A DNA stretch of 33,493 bases from a virus (Duplodnaviria; Heunggongvirae; Uroviricota; Caudoviricetes): IMG/VR virus record IMGVR_UViG_2579779076_000013. One strand, written 5' to 3'. The notes beneath the pieces are model-generated. The model was not told the origin of the DNA, did not search any database, and saw only the letters and a program-made list of their open reading frames with translations. The position numbers and the translations under genes are program-made. Positions 25,681 to 33,493 of this stretch are shown piece by piece (the stretch's first letter is position 1; each line of letters begins with the position of its first letter).

Positions 25681-28600
25681 TAACAACCTGCGCCTGCAGG
25701 TCATTCTTAATGCGGTTGACAAACTCACCCGCCCATTCCGTACTGCACAGGCCAGTTCGAAAGAGCTGGCTGGTGCAATCAGAAACTCCCGTGACGCATT
25801 AAAGCAACTCAATCAGGCGGGTAACAGCCTGGAAAAATTTCGCAAGCTGCAGGCCGATAACAAGAAGTTAGGCGACAGGCTGAACTATGCCAGACAGAAG
25901 GCTAATTTGCTTAGCTCTGAGCTGGAGGCGATGGAACAACCATCACAACGGCACCTTGTGGCTTTAGGTCGGCAAACGCTGGCAGTCCAACGCCTGGAAG
26001 AACAACAAAAATATTTGCAGAAGCAAACGGCGCTTGTGCGTGCAGAACTGTACCGGGCGGGAATTTCTGCGAAAGATGATGCGGGAGCAACTGCCCGTTT
26101 AGCCCGTGAAACATCACGTTATAACCAGGAATTGTCGAAACAGGAGGCGCGGCTGAAGCGACTGGGTGAAGCTCAGCGCAGGATGAATGCGGCGCGTGCC
26201 AGTTATGCCCGTTCGCTGGAGGTGCGCGATCGCATCGCAGGAGCCGGAGCCACTACCACGGCTGCAGGGCTGGCAATGGGTGCGCCAGTGATGGCGGCAG
26301 TAAAAAGCTATACCAGCATGGAAGATGCCATGAAAGGTGTGGCAAAGCAGGTCAATGGTCTGCGTGACGATAATGGCAACCGCACTGCACGTTTTTATGA
26401 AATGCAGGATGCCATCAAGGCTGCCAGCGAACAGTTGCCGATGGAAAACGGTGCTGTGGACTTCGCTGCACTGGTTGAAGGTGGTGCGCGCATGAACGTC
26501 GCAAACCCTGACGACAGCTGGGAAGACCAGAAACGTGATCTGCTGGCCTTCGCCAGCACAGCAGCAAAGGCGGCAACAGCCTTTGAGCTGCCAGCGGATG
26601 AACTGTCAGAAAGTCTGGGGAAAATCGCCCAGCTCTACAAAATCCCTACCCGCAATATTGAACAGCTCGGTGATGCGCTGAACTATCTGGATGATAACGC
26701 CATGTCGAAAGGGGCAGACATTATTGATGTCATGCAACGCCTGGGCGGTGTGGCGGACCGTCTGGATTATCGTAAAGCGGCGGCGCTGGGTTCCACCTTC
26801 CTGACACTGGGCGCTGCGCCGGAGGTTGCAGCCAGTGCAGCAAACGCGATGGTGCGTGAATTGTCCATTGCCACCATGCAGAGCAAGAGTTTCTTTGAAG
26901 GGATGAATCTGCTGAAACTCAATCCTGAAGTGATTGAAAAGCAGATGACGAAGGATGCGATGGGAACCATCCAGCGCGTGCTGGAGAAGGTGAACGCACT
27001 GCCGCAGGACAAGCGTCTGTCTGCCATGACTATGTTGTTTGGTAAAGAGTTTGGCGATGACGCGGCGAAACTGGCAAACAACCTGCCGGAACTGCAGCGC
27101 CAGTTAAAGCTGACAGCGGGCAATGATGCGCTCGGTTCCATGCAGAAAGAATCCGACATCAACAAGGACTCACTTTCTGCTCAGTGGTTGCTGGTCAAAA
27201 CCGGAGCGCAGAACACCTTCAGCAGCCTGGGCGAAACGCTGCGCCAGCCGCTGATGGATATTCTGTACACGGTGAAAAGCGTCACGGGGGCGTTGCGTCG
27301 CTGGGTGGAAGCTAACCCGGAACTGACGGGCACACTGATGAAAGCAGCGGCTGTTGTGGCTGCGGTTACCGTGGGACTCGGCACCTTAGCGATGGTGTTA
27401 GCTGCAGTGCTGGGGCCGCTGGCAGTGATCCGTCTGGGATTCTCTGTGCTGGGCATCAAAACGTTACCTTCCGTTACGGCAGCAGTAACACGAACCAGCA
27501 GCGCGTTGTCCTGGCTGGCTGGCGCTCCACTGGCAGTGCTGCGACGCGGGCTTGCTTCATCGGGTAACGCAGCGGGTTTACTTACTGCGCCGTTGTCGTC
27601 TTTGCGCCGTACGGCATCACTGACGGGAAATGTCCTGAAAACTGTAGCAGGTGCGCCGGTTGCACTATTGCGGTCTGGATTATCCGCTTTACGTGCTGTT
27701 GCTGTGATGTTTATGAATCCTCTGGCGGTACTGCGCGGTGGACTGGCTGCCGCAGGCGCGGTGCTTCGTGTGCTTGCATCTGGTCCGCTGGCGATGCTGC
27801 GCGTTGCCCTGTATGCCATATCTGGTCTGTTAGGTGCTCTGCTCAGTCCGATAGGTCTTGTGGTTACTGCACTGGCGGGCGTGGCGCTGGTTGTCTGGAA
27901 ATACTGGCAACCCATCACCGCATTTCTCGGTGGCGTGGTTGAAGGATTCAAAGCGGCGGCAGCTCCCATCAGTGCTGCATTCGAACCACTTAAGCCTGTG
28001 TTTCAGTGGATTGGCGACAAAGTACAGGCGCTGTGGGGCTGGTTTACTGATCTGCTGACGCCCGTTAAGTCGACCTCTGCCGAACTGCAGAGTGCAGCGG
28101 CAATGGGGCGGCGATTCGGAGAGGCACTGGCGGAAGGGCTGAATATGGTCATGCATCCGCTGGACTCCCTGAAATCCGGCGTTTCCTGGTTGCTGGAGAA
28201 ACTCGGCATTGTCAGTAAAGAGGCCGCAAAGGCAAAACTACCGGAAAGCGTGACGCGTCAGCAACCTGCGACGGTGAATGCAGACGGTAAAGTGATGATG
28301 CCATCGGGTGATTTTCCGTCATGGGGATATGGCTTTGCGGGGATGTATGACAGCGGCGGCTATATCCCGCGCGGGCAGTTTGGCATCGTCGGTGAAAACG
28401 GGCCGGAAATTGTTAACGGCCCGGCAAACGTGACCAGCCGGAGAAATACAGCTGCACTGGCTGCGGTTGTTGCCGGAATGATGGGCGTTGCTGCCGCGCC
28501 TACAGAGCTTCCACCGTTACATCCTTTGGCACTTCCCGCGAAAGGCGGCGAAGCGATGGTGATTCGTGCAGCCACTGTGCCGCCCGTTCAACGGATTGAG

Positions 28601-28750
28601 GCACCGACGCAGATCATCATTCAGACGCAGCCAGGACAAAGTGCGCAGGATATTGCGCGGGAGGTGGCCCGCCAGCTTGATGAACGTGAACGCAGGCTGA
28701 AGGCAAAAGCCAGGAGTAACTACAGCGATCAGGGGGGATACGACGCATGA
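25673..28750 (+). CDS. T: tail tape measure protein gpT
   Basis: 1025 aa; coiled-coil N-terminal half, Ala/Leu/Gly-rich repetitive middle, conserved C-terminal region. Confidence 0.9.
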   Translation: MSDNNLRLQVILNAVDKLTRPFRTAQASSKELAGAIRNSRDALKQLNQAGNSLEKFRKLQADNKKLGDRLNYARQKANLLSSELEAMEQPSQRHLVALGRQTLAVQRLEEQQKYLQKQTALVRAELYRAGISAKDDAGATARLARETSRYNQELSKQEARLKRLGEAQRRMNAARASYARSLEVRDRIAGAGATTTAAGLAMGAPVMAAVKSYTSMEDAMKGVAKQVNGLRDDNGNRTARFYEMQDAIKAASEQLPMENGAVDFAALVEGGARMNVANPDDSWEDQKRDLLAFASTAAKAATAFELPADELSESLGKIAQLYKIPTRNIEQLGDALNYLDDNAMSKGADIIDVMQRLGGVADRLDYRKAAALGSTFLTLGAAPEVAASAANAMVRELSIATMQSKSFFEGMNLLKLNPEVIEKQMTKDAMGTIQRVLEKVNALPQDKRLSAMTMLFGKEFGDDAAKLANNLPELQRQLKLTAGNDALGSMQKESDINKDSLSAQWLLVKTGAQNTFSSLGETLRQPLMDILYTVKSVTGALRRWVEANPELTGTLMKAAAVVAAVTVGLGTLAMVLAAVLGPLAVIRLGFSVLGIKTLPSVTAAVTRTSSALSWLAGAPLAVLRRGLASSGNAAGLLTAPLSSLRRTASLTGNVLKTVAGAPVALLRSGLSALRAVAVMFMNPLAVLRGGLAAAGAVLRVLASGPLAMLRVALYAISGLLGALLSPIGLVVTALAGVALVVWKYWQPITAFLGGVVEGFKAAAAPISAAFEPLKPVFQWIGDKVQALWGWFTDLLTPVKSTSAELQSAAAMGRRFGEALAEGLNMVMHPLDSLKSGVSWLLEKLGIVSKEAAKAKLPESVTRQQPATVNADGKVMMPSGDFPSWGYGFAGMYDSGGYIPRGQFGIVGENGPEIVNGPANVTSRRNTAALAAVVAGMMGVAAAPTELPPLHPLALPAKGGEAMVIRAATVPPVQRIEAPTQIIIQTQPGQSAQDIAREVARQLDERERRLKAKARSNYSDQGGYDA

Positions 28751-29232
28751 TGATGGTGCTGGGATTGTACGTGTTTATGCTGCGCACCGTGCCGTATCAG
28801 GAGCTGCAGTATCAACGCAGCTGGCGACATGCGGCAAACAGCCGGGTAAACCGACGTCCGTCCACGCAGTTTCTGGGACCGGACAACGACATGCTGACGC
28901 TTTCCGGTGTTCTTATGCCGGAGATAACAGGTGGCAGGATGTCGTTGCTGGCACTGGAGCAGATGGCAGAACAGGGGAAAGCATGGCCCCTGATTGAAGG
29001 CAGCGGCATGATTTATGGCATGTATGTGATTGAGGGACTGAATCAGACTAAAACGGAGTTTTTCCGCGATGGTATGCCGCGCCGGATTGAGTTTACCCTG
29101 TCGCTCAAACGGGTGGATGAATCCCTGTCCGATATGTTCGGTGATCTCAGTGCGCAGCTGAATAATTTGCAGGATACGGCAACGTCTGCCTTAAGCGATA
29201 TCAGTAAAACGGTGGGAGGGCTGCTGTCGTGA
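28747..29232 (+). CDS. U: tail protein gpU
   Basis: 161 aa, coupled to T and D. Confidence 0.85.
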   Translation: MMMVLGLYVFMLRTVPYQELQYQRSWRHAANSRVNRRPSTQFLGPDNDMLTLSGVLMPEITGGRMSLLALEQMAEQGKAWPLIEGSGMIYGMYVIEGLNQTKTEFFRDGMPRRIEFTLSLKRVDESLSDMFGDLSAQLNNLQDTATSALSDISKTVGGLLS

Positions 29233-30329
29233 ATTTCAGCTCTGAACTGCTTAACAAAGGCAACAAAACTCCCGCATTCAGCATCAGTATTGAGGGGAAG
29301 GATATCACCACTGTGCTGGATAACCGCCTGATGAGTCTGACGTTGACGGACAATCGGGGCTTTGAAGCAGACCAGCTTGATCTGGAGCTGGACGACGCCG
29401 ACGGAAAAATCGTGCTGCCGCGCCGTGGTGCGGTCATCACGCTGGCGCTGGGCTGGAAGGGGCAGCAGCTTTTCCCGAAAGGGGCATTCACGGTGGACGA
29501 GATTGAACACACCGGCGCACCGGATCGCCTGACTATCCGGGCGCGAAGTGCTGATTTTAGGGAAACGCTGAATACCCGCCGTGAAAAATCGTGGCACAAG
29601 ACCACTGTCGGGGAAGTGGTGAAGGAAATAGCCGCGCGTCATAAGCTGAAGATGGCACTGGGTAAAGACCTGTCGGATAAGCCCGTGGAGCATATAGACC
29701 AGACTAATGAGAGTGACGGCAGTTTTCTGATGCGGCTGGCGCGCCAGTACGGTGCCATCGCGTCGGTGAAAAATGGCAATCTGTTATTCATCCGGCAGGG
29801 ACAGGGCAAAAGCGCCAGCGGTAAACCACTGCCGGTGATCTCAATCACACGTAAGGACGGCGACAGTCACCGCTTTACCCTGGCAGATCGCGGAGCCTAC
29901 ACGGGCGTAATTGCCAGTTGGTTGCATACCCGCGAACCCGCGAAGAAAGAAAGCACCACGGTGAAGCGTAAGCGCAGGACTAAGAAGCAGAAGAAAGAGC
30001 CGGAAGCGAAGCAGGGCGATTACCTGGTGGGTACGGATGAAAACGTGCTGGTACTTAATCGCACTTATGCCAACCGGAGCAACGCCGAACGGGCAGCGAA
30101 AATGCAGTGGGAACGCCTGCAACGCGGCGTTGCATCATTCTCGCTACAACTGGCGGAAGGGCGGGCAGATCTCTACACAGAAATGCCTGTGAAGGTCAGT
30201 GGCTTTAAACAGCCGATAGATGATGCGGAATGGACCATTACGACTCTGACGCATACCGTCAGCCCCGATAACGGTTTTACAACCAGTCTGGAGCTTGAAG
30301 TGAGGATTGATGATTTCGAAATGGAATGA
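29229..30329 (+). CDS. D: tail protein gpD (late control gene D)
   Basis: 366 aa at the P2 D position. Confidence 0.85.
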   Translation: MNFSSELLNKGNKTPAFSISIEGKDITTVLDNRLMSLTLTDNRGFEADQLDLELDDADGKIVLPRRGAVITLALGWKGQQLFPKGAFTVDEIEHTGAPDRLTIRARSADFRETLNTRREKSWHKTTVGEVVKEIAARHKLKMALGKDLSDKPVEHIDQTNESDGSFLMRLARQYGAIASVKNGNLLFIRQGQGKSASGKPLPVISITRKDGDSHRFTLADRGAYTGVIASWLHTREPAKKESTTVKRKRRTKKQKKEPEAKQGDYLVGTDENVLVLNRTYANRSNAERAAKMQWERLQRGVASFSLQLAEGRADLYTEMPVKVSGFKQPIDDAEWTITTLTHTVSPDNGFTTSLELEVRIDDFEME

Positions 30330-30419
30330 TTCTTCGCAATGGAGAACTTTTAAGTTTGCAAAATGGAATAATGCGGTATCATTATTGTGAATTTAGCAAA
30401 AATGGGGAGAACTCGAAAA

Positions 30420-30638
30420 ATGATGATTTGCCCACTGTGTGGAAGTGCCGCCCATACTCGCAGCAGTTTTCAGGTATCTTCATTGACCAAAGAGCGTTAC
30501 AACCAGTGCCAGAATATTAACTGCAGTCATACTTTTGTAACCCATGAAACTTTTGTTCGTTCGATTGCAACGCCAAAAGAGTCAAATCCGGTTCAGCCGC
30601 ATCCAATGAAATCAGGACAGGTGGCGCTCTCTCTTTGA
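30420..30638 (+). CDS. ogr: late transcription activator Ogr (zinc finger)
   Basis: 72 aa from ATG 30420 (GGGGAGA RBS). CPLCGSAAH...CQNINCSHTF matches the Ogr/Delta zinc-finger pattern of P2 Ogr. Confidence 0.85.
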   Translation: MMICPLCGSAAHTRSSFQVSSLTKERYNQCQNINCSHTFVTHETFVRSIATPKESNPVQPHPMKSGQVALSL

Positions 30639-30716
30639 CGCTGCCGCCATTTTGTCGCCATCGTTAAAAAACAGTGCTTCTAACGTCATGATTTTAAACG
30701 GCATAAATTTCAGGCA

Positions 30717-30761
30717 ACAAAAAACCCATCAACCTTGAACCGAAATGGCGGGGTTGATGGG
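30717..30761 (-). terminator. rho-independent terminator downstream of ybjL (minus strand); marks host DNA
   Basis: On the minus strand, stem CCCATCAACC/GGTTGATGGG followed by a T-run (plus-strand A-run at 30717-30724). Confidence 0.45.
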
Positions 30762-30873
30762 CTCCACAAAATGGGGACATCAAAGAAAAGCAGTGGCATT
30801 AATTAAGACTGATGCCCTGCGGAAAAGTTCTGCGGTTGTGCAAAAAAATTTCATTTTCAGGGCAACTTCAGTT

Positions 30874-32559
30874 TTATCCTAATCCTGGCCATACCATGAC
30901 GATGATTGTCCCTGCCAGCGTCAGCAGGACGTTGGCGATTGCGTAGGTGCCCGCATAGCCCAGCGCAGGGATGTTACTGCGAGCTGTATCACTGATGATC
31001 TCCATTGCCGGCGCGCAGGTGCGTGCGCCCATCATTGCGCCGAACAACAGTGCGCGGTTCATTCGCAATACATAAGCACCGAACAAGAAACAGATAACCA
31101 CGGGCACAAGACTGACAATTAATCCGGCAATCAACATCTGACCGCCAATCGCGCCCAGGCCGTTATTAATACCGCTACCGGCGCTCAGACCAACGCCTGC
31201 CATAAACACCATCAAGCCGAACTCTTTCACCATGCTTAATGCACCTTGCGGAATGTAACCGAAGGTCGGGTGGTTAGCACGCATAAAGCCCAGCATAATT
31301 CCGGCGAATAACAACCCGGCAGCGTTCCCCATGCCGAAACTGAATGTGCTGAACTGGAAGGTGATCATCCCGATCATCAGCCCAATAACAAAGAAGGCGC
31401 AAAATGCCAGCAGGTCAGTGACCTGGCTGTGAATCGAGATAAAGCCGATGCGATCGGCGATGGTTTTTACGCGACGGGCATCACCGCTGACTTGTAAAAC
31501 GTCACCTTTGTTAAGCACGACGTTGTCATCTATCGGCATCTCAATCTGGCTACGAATGACGCGGTTAAGGAAGCAACCGTGATCGGTCAACTTCAGTTGT
31601 GCGAGACGTTTACCTACAGCGTTATGGTTTTTAACGACCACTTCTTCAGTGACGATACGCATGTCGAGAAGGTCACGATCGAAAACTTCTTTACCGTTAC
31701 GGAAGCTGGGATCGAGTCGGGCATGGGCGTCGGGATAGCCTACCAACGCTATTTCATCGCCCATTTGTAGCACGGCATCACCGTCTGGATTTGCCAGAAT
31801 CCCGTTACGTCGAATACGTTCAATGTAGCAGCCGGTTTGTCGATAAATACCCAGTTCACGCAGATTTTTGCCGTCGGTCCAGGCCACCAGCTCCGGGCCG
31901 ACGCGATAGGCGCGGATCACCGGTAAATAAACCTTACGGTTGGCATCAGTGTCCAGGCCACGTTCGCGGGCGATTTGCTGGGCGCTGGTCTGTAAGTCCT
32001 GATGCTGCAATTTCGGCAAGTAACGCGCACCAACAATCAAACTCACCAGACCGATTAAATAGGTTAAGGCATACCCGAGGCTCAGATTATCCAGTGCCAG
32101 TGAGAGCTGCCTGCTTTCCATGCCGGAATGACGCAGTGTATCGCCAGCACCGACCAGAACCGGTGTCGACGTCATAGAGCCTGCTAACATACCGGCCGTC
32201 AGGCCAATATCCCAGCCAAACAGCTTACCTAACCCTAAGGCGATCACCAGCGCACTGCCAACCATCACCAGTGCTAACATTAGGTAATTTTTCCCATCGC
32301 GAAAAAAAATGGAAAAAAAGTTCGGTCCGGCTTCGACCCCGACGCAGAAAATAAACAGCATAAAGCCAAGATTAAGCGCATCGGTGTTAATGCTGAAATG
32401 TTGTTGGCCTAATAACAGCGATACGACTAAAACGCCAATGGAATTACCCAGTTGGATCGAACCAAGTCGTAACTTTCCGAGACATAGCCCAAGCGCGAGG
32501 ACCACAAATAATAACAGAATGTAATTCCCATTTAACAATTCGGCGACGTTTATATTCAC
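30874..32559 (-). CDS. ybjL: YbjL putative transporter (AAE/YidE family)
   Basis: 561 aa, recognised as E. coli YbjL ([20 protein letters not shown]...); GTG start. Confidence 0.85.
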
Positions 32560-32828
32560 GGAGGCTAACTTCTTGTTTACTAGTAAGCTGTTGAAAGAAA
32601 TGGTAATTTACGATAATGTTTTTTACCAGAATTCAGGGCGCAGATTCATTCAGCGCACCTAAACGATAGTAAAGTAACAATATATTTTACTAGTGTAATC
32701 ACATTAGGTATCAACGGCTATATGAATTGCGTTGGCCTATATTAGCATGGAATGCGAAGCGGCTTTATCTTACTGAACGCCACACTGGCGAAAAATGTGT
32801 TCGATAGACGCAGTGTCAGGAGGAACGA

Positions 32829-33206
32829 GTGAAACATAAACAACGTTGGGCGGGGGCAATCTGCTGTTTTGTCCTCTTCATTGTGGTGTGCCTTTTTCTG
32901 GCGACGCACATGAAAGGCGCTTTTCGGGCTGCCGGGCATCCTGAAATCGGCTTGCTATTTTTCATTCTTCCTGGAGCAGTCGCCAGCTTCTTTTCACAGC
33001 GTAGAGAAGTCCTGAAACCTCTATTTGGCGCAATGCTGGCGGCACCCTGTTCAATGCTCATTATGCGGCTGTTTTTTTCACCGACGCGCTCATTCTGGCA
33101 AGAGCTGGCATGGTTACTAAGCGCGGTGTTCTGGTGTGCGCTGGGGGCACTGTGTTTCTTATTTATCAGTAGTTTGTTTAAACCACAGCACAGAAAAAAT
33201 CAGTAA
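32829..33206 (+). CDS. ybjM: inner membrane protein YbjM
   Basis: 125-aa multi-TM protein between ybjL and grxA, as in E. coli K-12 gene order. Confidence 0.7.
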   Translation: MKHKQRWAGAICCFVLFIVVCLFLATHMKGAFRAAGHPEIGLLFFILPGAVASFFSQRREVLKPLFGAMLAAPCSMLIMRLFFSPTRSFWQELAWLLSAVFWCALGALCFLFISSLFKPQHRKNQ

Positions 33207-33226
33207 AGCCCTCAACGCGAGGGCTT
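33206..33226. terminator. bidirectional hairpin between ybjM and grxA
   Basis: AAGCCCTC-aacgc-GAGGGCTT stem-loop. Confidence 0.4.
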
Positions 33227-33235
33227 GTCAGACGA

Positions 33236-33493
33236 TCAGGCGTCCAGATTTTCTTTCACCCATGCAGCAAAATCGGTATAGCCGCCGATATGTTGCTGAT
33301 CGACAAAAATCTGCGGCACGGTTTCTACGGGTTTACCTGCCTTTTGTTGTAGATCTTCTTTAGTGATCCCTTCCGCACGAATATCTACATACTGATACTG
33401 AAAATCATCGCGTTCATTGCTCAATTTCTCAGCCAGATCTTTTGCACGCACACAGTAAGGGCAACCCGAACGACCAAAAATAACGGTTTGCAT
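33236..33493 (-). CDS. grxA: glutaredoxin 1
   Basis: 85 aa, MQTVIFGRSGCPYCVRAKDLAEKL with the CPYC active site; start codon at the window end. Confidence 0.9.
   Translation of the reverse strand: MQTVIFGRSGCPYCVRAKDLAEKLSNERDDFQYQYVDIRAEGITKEDLQQKAGKPVETVPQIFVDQQHIGGYTDFAAWVKENLDA

Larger units (their letters stand above)
1..30716. mobile_element. P2/186-family prophage (left end outside window; right boundary approximate, between ogr stop and the ybjL terminator)
   Basis: Prophage-order synteny of P2-type genes from int to ogr. Host genes ybjL/ybjM/grxA follow on the right. Integrase 3' end sits at window position 1. Confidence 0.85.

Noticed and set aside
27300-27900. Repetitive Ala/Leu/Gly-rich segment in the tape measure gene, as a possible repeat array or CRISPR
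   Set aside because: In-frame protein repeats typical of tape measure proteins; no spacer/repeat architecture and no cas genes anywhere in the window.
27181-27969. 262-aa minus-strand ORF inside the tape measure gene
   Set aside because: Ala/Pro/Arg-rich antisense frame of the repetitive tape-measure sequence, typical of a shadow ORF.
29043-29693. 216-aa minus-strand ORF spanning the U/D junction
   Set aside because: Antisense to translationally coupled tail genes; no start signals.
30639-30873. tRNA or tmRNA gene at the attachment site
   Set aside because: No cloverleaf-like sequence or CCA-end context seen by eye; only a terminator hairpin. A tRNA scan would confirm.

Overview
The window holds an essentially complete P2/186-family myovirus prophage (about 1..30.7 kb) followed by host genes ybjL, ybjM and grxA, which point to an Escherichia/Shigella-type chromosome. 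Prophage order is int - cI - apl/cII early genes - TraR-like - dam - replication gene A - accessory region - Q P O N M L X - lysis cassette - R S - moron - V W J I H - invertase - FI FII E/E' T U D - ogr; the left attachment junction lies just outside the window. The late region is P2-like, while the immunity region looks 186-like and SOS-inducible (perfect LexA box in front of a small ORF plus a DinI-family gene). Three visibly AT-rich cargo insertions stand out: (1) a 589-aa protein between a cos-like sequence and the portal gene, with an N-terminal DUF262/ParB-like domain and a C-terminal Schlafen/AlbA_2-like domain, which is the strongest candidate for an undescribed single-gene anti-phage system; (2) an antisense two-transmembrane protein inserted between tail genes S and V; (3) a small secreted cysteine-rich protein inside the cI-int lysogenic operon. 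The tail-fibre locus looks degenerate: H stops at a hix/gix-like site and is followed directly by a Gin/Hin-family invertase, with no invertible segment and no fibre-assembly gene. All calls rest on reading the sequence and remembered family motifs; no searches or computations were run.
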